Part shown: one piece after another, positions 1 to 9,739 of the stretch | How positions within the stretch are numbered: position 1 is the stretch's first letter | Layout of the letters: every line of letters starts with the position of its first letter | Assembly: GCA_048938445.1 (NCBI GenBank) | Contig: JBHLME010000009.1 | Location: 1 to 58,974, forward strand | Direction: 5' to 3' | Length of the DNA stretch: 58,974 nt | Source: Promethearchaeota archaeon | GTDB lineage: Archaea > Asgardarchaeota > Lokiarchaeia > Sigyniarchaeales > SOKP01 | Notes under the pieces: generated by a model | The model's input: only the letters and a program-made list of their open reading frames with translations | Told to the model about the DNA's origin: nothing | The model's database searches: none | Program-made: the position numbers and the translations under genes

Positions 1-2
1 CA

Positions 3-1259
3 GAAATCGATCTTGAAAGCAGTAAACCATATCTTGAACCAGATAAGGACAATATTGATGTGATAAAAAAACTTTTAAGTAAGGGAGTAAAAATAAATAG
101 CTGGATTGTCTACATGCATATTAATTTAAACGTGCCTGCTGAACAAGTAAAATTAATCATGGATATAAGAGATAGGAACGGAAATAATATCGTAAGAGTT
201 GATACTATGGAATCTATTGATGATCCTTATCGATTTTCTTATTATGAATGCATTCACGCTCGAATCTGGGAAGGAAAAATTAGACAAGTAGCCATCACTG
301 ATTATTCAATGTCAGAATTGCCAGAACAATTTGGTAAAATTGATGGATTAAATTACCTAAAAATAAGTTTCAGTCAATTAAATTCGTTACCTAACTCATT
401 TGGAAATTTAATAGACCTCAAGGAACTTGATTTATCAAATAATAAACTTTCAGTGTTACCTGATTCTTTTGCGAACTTAACTGCATTAACAAGACTAAAT
501 TTAAGCAATAATGAATTTTCTGAAATACCCACGATTCTATGGGCACTTTCGGAATTAACTGAAATTAATTTGGATAATAATTCTTTAAGTAGCGAAGAAA
601 TCATCATAGCACAGAAAGTACCAGACTTGATAAGAAAATATTTGAGAAAAAAAGCAACTATTAAAATTTTTATCTCACACGCAGTCGTGGATTTTGAGAA
701 TTATCGGATTAGCGAGATTATTGAATATTTAGAAAATCAAAAAGAAATTTCCCAAGTTTTTTTCTGCGAGGAAAACCTCGCCGGTAATATAGACCAATGG
801 ATGTTGGATACCGTACAAAAATGCCATTTGGTATTGTTTATAGCTACAAATAAATCAGTATTTAATTCTCCGGATTGTGCTAATGAATTGCAATTAGCAG
901 ATAAGTTTTCAATTCCTATCATCCCTATAAAAGGATACGACGTAGATTGGCCCGATTTAATGGAAAAAAATCTATCTCGAGAACTAGGAGTGGAATTCGA
1001 TAAAAATAACTTTACAGCATTTTGTGGGAATTTATATAAGTATATTGAAAATTTTAAACGCGAAATTAATCTAATGGAAAAAGATAAACGCCAATCGGGA
1101 ATGGTAGATATTTATGAGCGATTCCGCCTCTTGATGGAAGAAAAGTTAAACGATGTCCAAAGAAAAATTGAAATGTTTGTGGAACAAAATGAAGCAAAGT
1201 TATCAAAATTGGAAGAAAATATTGCAGAAATAATGAAAAAAATGCAAGACATGAATTAA
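3..1259 (+). CDS. LRR + TIR domain protein with C-terminal coiled coil (5'-truncated by window edge)
   Basis: Frame is open from position 3 (EIDLESSKPY...), so the GTG at 60 is probably internal. LRR units LxxLxLxxNxLxxLP; TIR-like KIFISHA...SPDCANEL; heptad-rich C-terminus. Confidence 0.85.
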   Translation, partial: EIDLESSKPYLEPDKDNIDVIKKLLSKGVKINSWIVYMHINLNVPAEQVKLIMDIRDRNGNNIVRVDTMESIDDPYRFSYYECIHARIWEGKIRQVAITDYSMSELPEQFGKIDGLNYLKISFSQLNSLPNSFGNLIDLKELDLSNNKLSVLPDSFANLTALTRLNLSNNEFSEIPTILWALSELTEINLDNNSLSSEEIIIAQKVPDLIRKYLRKKATIKIFISHAVVDFENYRISEIIEYLENQKEISQVFFCEENLAGNIDQWMLDTVQKCHLVLFIATNKSVFNSPDCANELQLADKFSIPIIPIKGYDVDWPDLMEKNLSRELGVEFDKNNFTAFCGNLYKYIENFKREINLMEKDKRQSGMVDIYERFRLLMEEKLNDVQRKIEMFVEQNEAKLSKLEENIAEIMKKMQDMN

Positions 1260-1406
1260 AGAAGATCAAAAGTAAGAATTTAATACATTTTTTCTTTTTT
1301 TCTATTTTTAGCACATATTTAATACTAAACCAATATTATAGATTTATACTTATAATTAAACAATAACAAAATTGACTAGAAAATTTTTGGAAGTGAAGTT
1401 TATAGT

Positions 1407-1628
1407 ATGGAACTAAAAAAAAATGAACAAATTGTTGATATTTTATCAAAATTAAAAGGAAAACCAGTGAATGTCATGCTTAGCAATGGTGAATTAATAA
1501 GTTGTGAAGTAAAAACAGTAGGGGAATTTTGTTCTCTTATTGAAAGAAAAGATTCTAAATCATTCTACGACATAATAATTCGCAATGATAGTGTTATTGC
1601 TGTTGAGATGAAAGTAAGAAATTCTTGA
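1407..1628 (+). CDS. small Sm/Lsm-like fold protein
   Basis: 73 aa; LSKLKGKPVNVMLSNGELISCEV resembles Sm1, IIIRNDSVIAV resembles Sm2. Confidence 0.6.
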   Translation: MELKKNEQIVDILSKLKGKPVNVMLSNGELISCEVKTVGEFCSLIERKDSKSFYDIIIRNDSVIAVEMKVRNS

Positions 1629-1714
1629 GAATACATATCAATTAGTATAAAATACTATTAGTGAATAAAATTACATCAATCTTCAGATATTAGTATATAT
1701 TGCTATTCCAATAT

Positions 1715-2224
1715 TTAAAGGATCCAATCATTTGAGGTTTTAATTGGTTTTAATGATATATTAATATTCAAACTTTTAGCTAACTTCTTAATTGAATTAA
1801 AATGTTCAATCATATCATCATAAATAATGTACTCAACTTGATTATCGTTATTGTAGGATTTATTTTCAATGAATAAATTCTGTATTTTTTTAGTTTTCCA
1901 ATTAAAATATTCCTTCGATAAATATGATTTTTCTTCGGGATAATAAATAATCTTAAAAGGGGAAATTATTTTTAATGGAAATAACTGTGTTTGAGTCAAT
2001 TGGTTGAATGCTCTCTCTTTCCTTCCCGTCAGAAATATGTTCATCGAACCATTCACGCAATTTTGAGAATAATAATTAATAAACTCAGGAAATAAAACGA
2101 CATTTCTACTTCGGTTTATTACTTCTTTTATGATTTCCTCCTTTAATATATCATTATATTGAATATTAAAGAATACTGAAGGTAGTATGCATCCATCGAT
2201 ATCAAATATGTGAATTACTTTCAT
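1715..2224 (-). CDS. HAD-superfamily (cap-less) phosphatase-like protein
   Basis: motif I FDIDG, motif II LTGR, motif III K, motif IV YDD. Confidence 0.7.
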   Translation of the reverse strand: MKVIHIFDIDGCILPSVFFNIQYNDILKEEIIKEVINRSRNVVLFPEFINYYSQNCVNGSMNIFLTGRKERAFNQLTQTQLFPLKIISPFKIIYYPEEKSYLSKEYFNWKTKKIQNLFIENKSYNNDNQVEYIIYDDMIEHFNSIKKLAKSLNINISLKPIKTSNDWIL

Positions 2225-2370
2225 CTCAAAAAAGTAATACTCATTAAATTGTAAAAAATAATGTGATATTTTATGTTAATAATTTACGAGGGTATAAGAT
2301 TTTTAATTTCCTTTTAAAGAGAAGGATGGGAAAAAGAAAATAAATGTATTATTCTAAAGAAATAAATATA

Positions 2371-3594
2371 TTATAGTTCTTCAACGTAATAATGCCCTAG
2401 TGTGAGATAAGATTTTATCACTTTTCCAAGGAGGGATTTAATTATCATCCCACCTCGTTTCTTCGACTGTTTGGAGGGTTGCTCTCCTATGGCTAATTGT
2501 ATTATTTCCATCAAGGTGAGTATTGGTTGAGGTGTTTTTTTTTTGATTGAAAAAGAGTTTGCAACCAAAAATATCCAATTACATCCCCCACAATAATCCA
2601 CTACCACGTCTGCTCCAGATTTTTTAAATTGTTTTAATCTGATTTTTGCATGATGCAATAATGGAAATATACTATAAGTTGAGCAGGCAGCTGATAATCC
2701 ACAACATAAAGCATCTTCCTTAGAATGTTCTAATTCTATTATTTTAACGCCACATAATTTTAATAATTCACGCACCCTATTAAAGATGTCATTTCCACGC
2801 ATTTTAGGCCAACAATTATCATGAACGCATACCGAGAAATTCAAGGGTACTAGTTCATATTTTCCTGAAGTAAGCTCTTTATAAAGCCAATCAATAATGG
2901 ATATTACTTCAAAATTCATTTTAATCCCATAATTTGCATCATATACGTATTTGAACATATGATAACATGCAACGCAAGGAACTATAAGTTTTTTGAAACC
3001 AATTTTTTCAAGTTCTTTCTTGTTATTTTGAGCTACCAACTCATGCCCTTCAAACAAGCCAGCTCGATAAAGTGGTTCACCACAACATAACTTAGTCGAA
3101 CCAAAAATCGTCATATCCTTGTATAATTTAGAATCATACATATAAGGTTGTATCATCAAGTTACAGCTGGCAAACATCATCGTTTCCTTTTTATCAGGAT
3201 TTTGAACTTTATCTTCCCATAATTTTATTATCGCTCTTTCTTCCTTGGGAAGTTTTGGAATGATGAAAGAATGTATGTAAGGATTTTTAAATGGTAATGT
3301 TAATACAAGTTTAGCTCGTCCTGGAAGTCCTTTCTCACGATATTTATCATGCCACTTGTTTATTATGAGAGAATAAGGATTACAGTCATTTGGACAGTAT
3401 TGATTACAACTCATGCATCCCACACACTTTTTCAATACAATTTTCGAAGTATTATTCTCCAGAATTGATTCTATCTCCTTTTTAGCAATATCAAGGGGTA
3501 ATTTTAGTACGGGACATTTATGAAAACACTCACCACATCTAATACAGTCTTTATCTTTAAATTCCTTGTATTCATTAACTTGCTTTAATTCCAT
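2371..3594 (-). CDS. Fe-S oxidoreductase, HdrD/GlpC-like (2x[4Fe-4S] + CCG domains)
   Basis: CxxCxxCxxxCP twice, CCG motifs (LCCGEP, LCCGLS), CxxC. Confidence 0.85.
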   Translation of the reverse strand: MELKQVNEYKEFKDKDCIRCGECFHKCPVLKLPLDIAKKEIESILENNTSKIVLKKCVGCMSCNQYCPNDCNPYSLIINKWHDKYREKGLPGRAKLVLTLPFKNPYIHSFIIPKLPKEERAIIKLWEDKVQNPDKKETMMFASCNLMIQPYMYDSKLYKDMTIFGSTKLCCGEPLYRAGLFEGHELVAQNNKKELEKIGFKKLIVPCVACYHMFKYVYDANYGIKMNFEVISIIDWLYKELTSGKYELVPLNFSVCVHDNCWPKMRGNDIFNRVRELLKLCGVKIIELEHSKEDALCCGLSAACSTYSIFPLLHHAKIRLKQFKKSGADVVVDYCGGCNWIFLVANSFSIKKKTPQPILTLMEIIQLAIGEQPSKQSKKRGGMIIKSLLGKVIKSYLTLGHYYVEEL

Positions 3595-3634
3595 TTTAAT
3601 AACTCCAACTTATTATTGACATTAATTTTATGTC

Positions 3635-5029
3635 TTAACGAGTTTTCAATAGAGGCATTAGTATTTGAAATAAACGAGAATATAATATTCTAATTGACTT
3701 GATATTGAATGAGTGTCTGAGTAACTTTAATATCAAGTGTCTTTTTGGCTTGAAGGTACTCCGATTTTTATCATACATGATGTTTGTAATGAAAAAATTT
3801 TTCTGGAACATCGATATAAGCAATTGATACGTGATAATAGCAATTATATCCCATGCACGCTTTACGTGATCTATAGGATAATTTAATTTCTCGCCCATAG
3901 CCATTCTTACCACCTCGATCACGTGATAAACGTCCATCTTACTCCTAGTGAGCTCCCTTGTTGCCCAAAGTAAATAATAACACCCTCCACAATAGGTAAT
4001 CAATGCTTTGGCACCCGTTTTTTCTGCTTCCTTGAATTTTTTTGTTCCCTCAGAGATGATGTCAAATGGGATTGACATATTCTTGACCCATGAAGCGCCC
4101 GCTCCAAAACCACAACATAACGCATCTTTTTTATTGTGTTTCATCTCCTTAATTTTACATCCACATTTTTGAATAATCTCTCGTGGAGGATCCCAATAAA
4201 CGTCAGCATGAACCTTTGAATAGCAATTATCATGAATGGTGACAACAAGATCAAGTTTTTTTTCCAGTAATAACTTACCAGATTTCATATTATCTAAAAG
4301 CCAATTATTTAGATTTTTAAATGTTTGTTCGTGAATCACACCCAATTCATTTGGATGGGCTTCAGAAAATATGTATTGGACAGCATCGAGGGTTGCAGTA
4401 ATATTTTTAACACCCCAACAATCAAAATCCCGTTTAGTTTTTTGAGCAATTTTCTCAACGACATCTAAATAACCTCCTTGATACAAATATGCACCGCCTT
4501 CCCATTGGTCTATTCTATCAATGGGGCTAAAGAAATCTAATATCTTACTACCACCAATGATGAAAGGAAATAAATGGGTGTAATTTCCAATTAATAACAC
4601 CTCATCATCTTGCTTGGGAATGTAATTCATCCATTCATGTATCCACCTTTGTTCTCGGTTTGATAAAAAGATGTTTAGAAGTTGCCAAATATTGGGTACT
4701 TCCGTGGGACATACGAATTTATATAGTGGTGGGGCTCCACGGAACTTGTAAAGTTGGTTCCAATTCTCAAGGATGAGCTGATAAGGATTTGCTTGAGTAG
4801 GACAGTATAAATTGCATGAAAAACACGTGTTGCAGTTTGCGAGGACCTTTTTGGAACCCTTCAATTCAATTAAATCCCTTATTTCACTCTTAGCTTTATC
4901 CATTGGTATTTGCAAGACGGGACATTGATGGAGACACTCGCCGCATTCGTTACACGATTCTGCTTTAAATCCCGAAATTCTTTTACTTTGATCCATTTTA
5001 TAATACCTATTATCTCTTTTAATTACCAA
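3635..5029 (-). CDS. Fe-S oxidoreductase, HdrD/GlpC-like; first CCG domain degenerate
   Basis: two ferredoxin motifs; QWEGG replaces the first CCG; second domain HDNC...LCCGFG...YCGGC intact. Confidence 0.85.
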   Translation of the reverse strand: MVIKRDNRYYKMDQSKRISGFKAESCNECGECLHQCPVLQIPMDKAKSEIRDLIELKGSKKVLANCNTCFSCNLYCPTQANPYQLILENWNQLYKFRGAPPLYKFVCPTEVPNIWQLLNIFLSNREQRWIHEWMNYIPKQDDEVLLIGNYTHLFPFIIGGSKILDFFSPIDRIDQWEGGAYLYQGGYLDVVEKIAQKTKRDFDCWGVKNITATLDAVQYIFSEAHPNELGVIHEQTFKNLNNWLLDNMKSGKLLLEKKLDLVVTIHDNCYSKVHADVYWDPPREIIQKCGCKIKEMKHNKKDALCCGFGAGASWVKNMSIPFDIISEGTKKFKEAEKTGAKALITYCGGCYYLLWATRELTRSKMDVYHVIEVVRMAMGEKLNYPIDHVKRAWDIIAIITYQLLISMFQKNFFITNIMYDKNRSTFKPKRHLILKLLRHSFNIKSIRILYSRLFQILMPLLKTR

Positions 5030-6300
5030 GCTTCTCCATATGGAGGGGGGACTTCTGGAAGATCCAAAATTTTAAATTTCTTTTTACTTATAATTTTAGG
5101 AAATTGTTTTCTCATAATACCCCAGAAAAAAAGACTTGCTCGTTTTTTCTTTTGCTTATAAGACATTGGTGTTTCTCCAATTGCCATTTGCACGAGCTCG
5201 ATGATGTGATAAAGCTTCATATATTTTTTCATATATAGCTTCTTTTGAGTCAATAATGTTGCTAAACACCCTGCACAATAGACGCATATGGCATCAGCTT
5301 TGGTCTTTTTAAATTCACGAATGTTTCTGAATCCCGATTTCATAATCTTAAAGGGATTATAGGCAGAATCAACAGAAAATCCCCCTGCGATGCCGCAACA
5401 TCTCATATTTTCTCTGCAAGCAGGTGCTTCTGCTATTTTAACTCCAATATGATTTAAAATTTTTCGGGGTAAATCCATGTACTCATCACCAAACATTTTA
5501 GAATAACAAGATTCTTGAATGGTAACAGTCATTTTTATTTTATTTTTTACTTCTATTTCTCTATTTTGAATTTTCTCCCATATGAATTGAATATAAGATT
5601 TAATGGATTCAAATTTGTAAGTTAATCCATATTGGGGTAAAACATTTTTAAACACATTAGTCCCTGCCGTGCAGAGAACTAGCAAGTGTTTTGGTTTGAG
5701 AATATTAAACCAATTATCTAATCTTTTTGTAACTTTAAATAATTCATCTTCATACCCTGTCCGGAATAATGTTTCTCCACAACAATACTCTAATCTTCCT
5801 CGAATATCTAAATCTTGAAAAATGCAGGATTTTGTAAGTTCTGCATATGTAATGATATTACATCCTGGATATGTAAGTGTGTCACCCTTTAATGGTGTTA
5901 ATTCTGCCCATTTTTTAACCAGCTCCTTGGTGTCTCTTGGTAATTTATTCATCACATAGCTCCTAAAGTTTGGATAATAAGGATGAAATGTCATAAAATA
6001 CTTTCCCCTAATCCTCAATCCATTTTTTTTATATTGTTCATTCCATCTTTTAAGTATTAAAGATGTGGGATGAGCATTAGTTGGACAATAAAAATTACAT
6101 GAAAAACAGCTCTGACACTTCGTAAGAACAATTTTTGTTTCCTTTCCTGCAATTAATCTCTTAATTTCTTCTTTAGACTCTTCAATTGGCAATTTCAATA
6201 CAGGACATTTATTGAAACATTCTCCACATAACGTACAATCCTCTTCTTTGAAAGGGGAAAAAAAATCATATTTAACTTGTTTTATTTCTAACATTTTCAT
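5023..6300 (-). CDS. Fe-S oxidoreductase, HdrD/GlpC-like
   Basis: two ferredoxin motifs; YPGC...YCCGE; QESC...RCCGIAGG...YCAGC. Confidence 0.85.
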   Translation of the reverse strand: MKMLEIKQVKYDFFSPFKEEDCTLCGECFNKCPVLKLPIEESKEEIKRLIAGKETKIVLTKCQSCFSCNFYCPTNAHPTSLILKRWNEQYKKNGLRIRGKYFMTFHPYYPNFRSYVMNKLPRDTKELVKKWAELTPLKGDTLTYPGCNIITYAELTKSCIFQDLDIRGRLEYCCGETLFRTGYEDELFKVTKRLDNWFNILKPKHLLVLCTAGTNVFKNVLPQYGLTYKFESIKSYIQFIWEKIQNREIEVKNKIKMTVTIQESCYSKMFGDEYMDLPRKILNHIGVKIAEAPACRENMRCCGIAGGFSVDSAYNPFKIMKSGFRNIREFKKTKADAICVYCAGCLATLLTQKKLYMKKYMKLYHIIELVQMAIGETPMSYKQKKKRASLFFWGIMRKQFPKIISKKKFKILDLPEVPPPYGEAW

Positions 6301-6505
6301 TTATACCATTCGAGAATTTTCTATATAAAATTATATCCCCCAATTTTTACTCACAAATGTAATGATCAAAAAGTTAAATTTTTCAACAAGTTATTTATTG
6401 TTTTTAAACTTTTATTTTGTGTTTTTTTAATTTTTCATCATATCTATTCTTATTTTTTTTAAAATTATATGTTTTTGATAACAATTTCACGAATTTTTAC
6501 CAAAA

Positions 6506-6532
6506 TTTGTTCGTGATCATATCACGAACAAA
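6506..6532. promoter_or_regulatory. perfect 12-bp inverted repeat in the divergent Fe-S cluster / tfb intergenic region
   Basis: TTTGTTCGTGAT-cat-ATCACGAACAAA; extra TCACGAA/TTCGTGA half-sites at about 6487 and 6541. Confidence 0.5.
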
Positions 6533-6946
6533 GCTCATTTTTCGTGATTTCATGAGCTCTCCTCTTTAAAATAGAAAAGTATCAATGCATTAACATGCAA
6601 ATATAAATTTTTAAGAGCTCGTTTTTCCTATTTAAAGTTTTCGATCTTTGATCATCAAAAAATGTGCCGACAAATTTTATTAACACAAATTAGTTTTCTT
6701 AAATGCTTGTTTAACTAAAAAGCCATAAAGCAAAGGTTTAAATATGACATTTGAATTTTTTATTATAACGAACAAAAAATATTTGTTGTAAAAATAAGCT
6801 TTTTTGGATAACAAACATTTTTAATAAACATAAAAAAACACAAAAAAAAATATTCTTTTTTAACATAAAAGATTATAAACACATAAACGACACACAATTT
6901 TGTTTGTTATCTAGATAATAACAGGGTTAAAGTAGGGGAAAAAAAT

Positions 6947-7828
6947 ATGGTTGTGGAATTTGAAACGACATCTAATTTCTGTCCAGAATGTGGCGGAACA
7001 ACAATTTCCATTCAAGAGAGGGGTGAGACTGTTTGCCGGCTTTGTGGACTCGTTGTAGGAGAAAAAGGATTAGATATTTCTCATAGCGGCATTCGTGCCT
7101 ATACAAAGCAGGAAAAAGACAAAAAGGAACGAACAGGATGTCCTATTTCTATATTGATGCCTGACATTGGTTTGAGCACGATAATTGATAGAACTAAAAT
7201 TAAAAATCCTGACTTGAGACGAGCAGCGAAATGGAATACGCACCTTACTTGGGAGAAAAGAAACATGCTAATTGCCATTACTGAGTTAAAACGTATTGGT
7301 GGTAACTTAAATTTTCCTGAGCGTGTAAAAAAGGCCGCAATTCGTCTTTATAAGGAAGTATTCAAGCGTAAATTATTACGAGGTCGCTCTATTAATGGTA
7401 TGGTAGCAGCTTGTTCTTATTTTGTTTGCAAGGAAGAGAAAGTACCAATTACTCTCCAAGAAATCTTGGATGAAGCTTCCATAAATGCCAACATCGTGAA
7501 AAAGTGTTATAAGATATTGGTGAGGGAACTTAATTTGAAGTCTCAACATATAGATCCAATTTCACTCATTCCTAGGTATTGTGCTGACTTGGGACTTGAT
7601 ATTGAAGTTGAGAAAGAAGCAATAAGGATCTTACATAATTTTATCGATAAATCCTCAATCTGTGGGAAAGATCCAAAAGGCTTGTGTGCGGGTGCAATTT
7701 ATTTGGTGGCAAAGCTCAAGAACAAAAAAGTAAGCCAAAAGGAGATTTCTCAAGTAATCAGCGTGACCGAGGTGACCTTGCGTTCACGCTACAAGGATCT
7801 CTTGAGGAACATAAGTTTCACGCTCTAA
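6947..7828 (+). CDS. tfb: transcription initiation factor IIB (TFB)
   Basis: Zn ribbon CPECG...VCRLCG, B-reader ERTG, two cyclin repeats (LRGRS, GKDPKGL), C-terminal VTEVTLRSRY HTH. Confidence 0.95.
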   Translation: MVVEFETTSNFCPECGGTTISIQERGETVCRLCGLVVGEKGLDISHSGIRAYTKQEKDKKERTGCPISILMPDIGLSTIIDRTKIKNPDLRRAAKWNTHLTWEKRNMLIAITELKRIGGNLNFPERVKKAAIRLYKEVFKRKLLRGRSINGMVAACSYFVCKEEKVPITLQEILDEASINANIVKKCYKILVRELNLKSQHIDPISLIPRYCADLGLDIEVEKEAIRILHNFIDKSSICGKDPKGLCAGAIYLVAKLKNKKVSQKEISQVISVTEVTLRSRYKDLLRNISFTL

Positions 7829-7989
7829 GTAGAATTTTTTATTAATTATTTTTCTTTCATTTTTCTTCTTTTTATTTTATTTCATAGTAATTTTAAATCA
7901 TTTTTGGGAACTATAAAAAGAGATATATTTGCAGCATATTTATTATAGATCAAGACAAGAATTGATTAAAAACGACATTAATGTAATAA

Positions 7990-8140
7990 ATGGTAGATAA
8001 AGGATTCAACAAAGAATTCCTCACGCTTAAACTGGAGAACGATCATACTATCTTATATGTTAAGGGTAAGAGGTTCAATCAGTGTTTGCGCTTGGTATTG
8101 TAGATCCCCCTGAAAGATTTAGAGGATTTCCCAAGCTTTT
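7990..8140 (+). pseudogene. remnant 5' end of a Lokiarchaeal LRR-protein-type gene
   Basis: MVDKGFNKEFLTLKLENDHTILYVKGKRFNQCLRLVL*IPLKDLEDF resembles the N-terminal domain I recall on Lokiarchaeal LRR proteins; in-frame TAG at 8101; overlapped by the convergent SRPBCC gene. Confidence 0.5.
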
Positions 8141-8578
8141 TTTAATAACATCATGGCGGTGGCGAAAGACTCGTCGCATAAACTTTCCAATCAGTTGTGA
8201 AGCATGACGAGGTTTAAAGGTTAACTGATCGGTAATCATCGTGCCTGTATCAACTGTTTCTATTTCCCTCTGATGCCGCCAGAGTTCCATTGAAGTCATT
8301 GGGGATTGTTCGATAAAACCTTTACCTTCTGAATATTCTATAAGGGTCATATCGTCATGACCAAATGGTAGGAAACCAAATAAATAAATATGGCTTCGAA
8401 ATAAAACTTTCCCTAGCTCAACTTTGAGATCTTTTATATTTTTTATACCTTTAGGGGCGGTCATTTTGAAGTATGGCCACATTTCTTTTTGTATTCCTTT
8501 TAATGATGTTATCCATTCCCAAACCTCTTCTATTGGAGCCGAAACGATTGTTTGGAATTTTAAATTTATGGTGTCCAA
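8075..8578 (-). CDS. SRPBCC/START-like (polyketide cyclase family) protein
   Basis: IVSAPIEEVWEW start, WRHQREI...TMITDQLTF, terminal helix VFRHRH. Confidence 0.8.
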   Translation of the reverse strand: MDTINLKFQTIVSAPIEEVWEWITSLKGIQKEMWPYFKMTAPKGIKNIKDLKVELGKVLFRSHIYLFGFLPFGHDDMTLIEYSEGKGFIEQSPMTSMELWRHQREIETVDTGTMITDQLTFKPRHASQLIGKFMRRVFRHRHDVIKKSLGNPLNLSGGSTIPSANTD

Positions 8579-8632
8579 AGGATACTTCCCCTTTTTTGTA
8601 AAAAATTAACGTAATAAATAATATAAAGTTGA

Positions 8633-9361
8633 TTAATTTTGGTGTCCGGTTCTTCGCGCAGCAATTTGTCCTACTTTTCTTCCAGGAGGCGCATTCCTGC
8701 TAGTCGTAGTGGATTTATGAGGTGATTGTTTTGCTCCACCTCCATAAGGATGCGAGCACGCATTCATCGTTACACCTCGCACTATTGGCCATTTTTTAGC
8801 TTTCGAACGGATATAATGGTGTTTATTTCCTGCTTTCAAGAATGGTTTATCAGTTCTTCCTCCTCCTGCAATTACACCGATAGTACATAAGCATTGATTG
8901 TTTATCCATTTAGTTTTTTTCGAGCGGAACAATATTTCTACTTTATTTCCAGATTTGTTTCTGACAATTGCCCCTACGCCTGATGCTCGGGCAAATTTTC
9001 CACCATCTTGAGGCGTGCCTTCTATATTACATACGATAGTTCCTAATGGAATTTTTTTCAAAGGTAAGATGTTTCCCACTGCTACTTCTTGACCATAACC
9101 TGTTTTATGTTGTATGAACTCTTGTCCGATATATACTCCTTCTGGAGGGAGCCATAGACCATTTGACCTGTCTTCATATTGAATCTTTGCGACAGGTGCT
9201 CCTCTTCCAGGAGCATGAAGAAAATCTATTACCTTAAATTTGAATATTTTTTCTTTCTTTGTAAATGGACGATATTTAACTTCTCCTACATGTCTATGAC
9301 TTGGTGAACGAGCCCATAAATTTCCCCTGCCTTTTCTTTGTACGAGAATTCTTTTTCCCAT
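8633..9361 (-). CDS. rpl2: 50S ribosomal protein uL2
   Basis: MGKRILVQRKGRG, HAPGRGAP, DGGKFARASG, WPIVRGVTMNACSHPYGGG, PPGRKVGQIAARRTG. Confidence 0.98.
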   Translation of the reverse strand: MGKRILVQRKGRGNLWARSPSHRHVGEVKYRPFTKKEKIFKFKVIDFLHAPGRGAPVAKIQYEDRSNGLWLPPEGVYIGQEFIQHKTGYGQEVAVGNILPLKKIPLGTIVCNIEGTPQDGGKFARASGVGAIVRNKSGNKVEILFRSKKTKWINNQCLCTIGVIAGGGRTDKPFLKAGNKHHYIRSKAKKWPIVRGVTMNACSHPYGGGAKQSPHKSTTTSRNAPPGRKVGQIAARRTGHQN

Positions 9362-9739
9362 GACTTTTCACAAATTATACTAAATATCTTGAATATTTAA
9401 TTTGTTAATTATTTAAACCTAAAAAAATTTGTGGTTACTCCATATCAAGGTGATGAAATATGAACCTTTAAATCAATATTATCTTAAAATTCAACTTTAA
9501 TAACTATTATATTCTGATTAATTTGAATGGATATTTATAGGAGATGATGGTTTTTAACTAGAAGTCTTTATCGTATTTCTTTTTGCAATTATCTAACCAT
9601 ATAAAAAGATCATTACTTAGTTGAAAGAGGAGTAAACTTATATAATATCTAAAAATGATTTACTAAATTGCAACTTTTTTTCAATTTTTTTGGGTAAAAT
9701 AAGATAAAAAATAATTAAACTTACGAAAAATGATAAATT

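Noticed and set aside
9449-9517. Box C (GTGATGA) ... box D (CTGA) sRNA candidate
   Set aside because: No D'/C' boxes; the interior is extremely AT-rich and overlaps the likely rpl2 promoter
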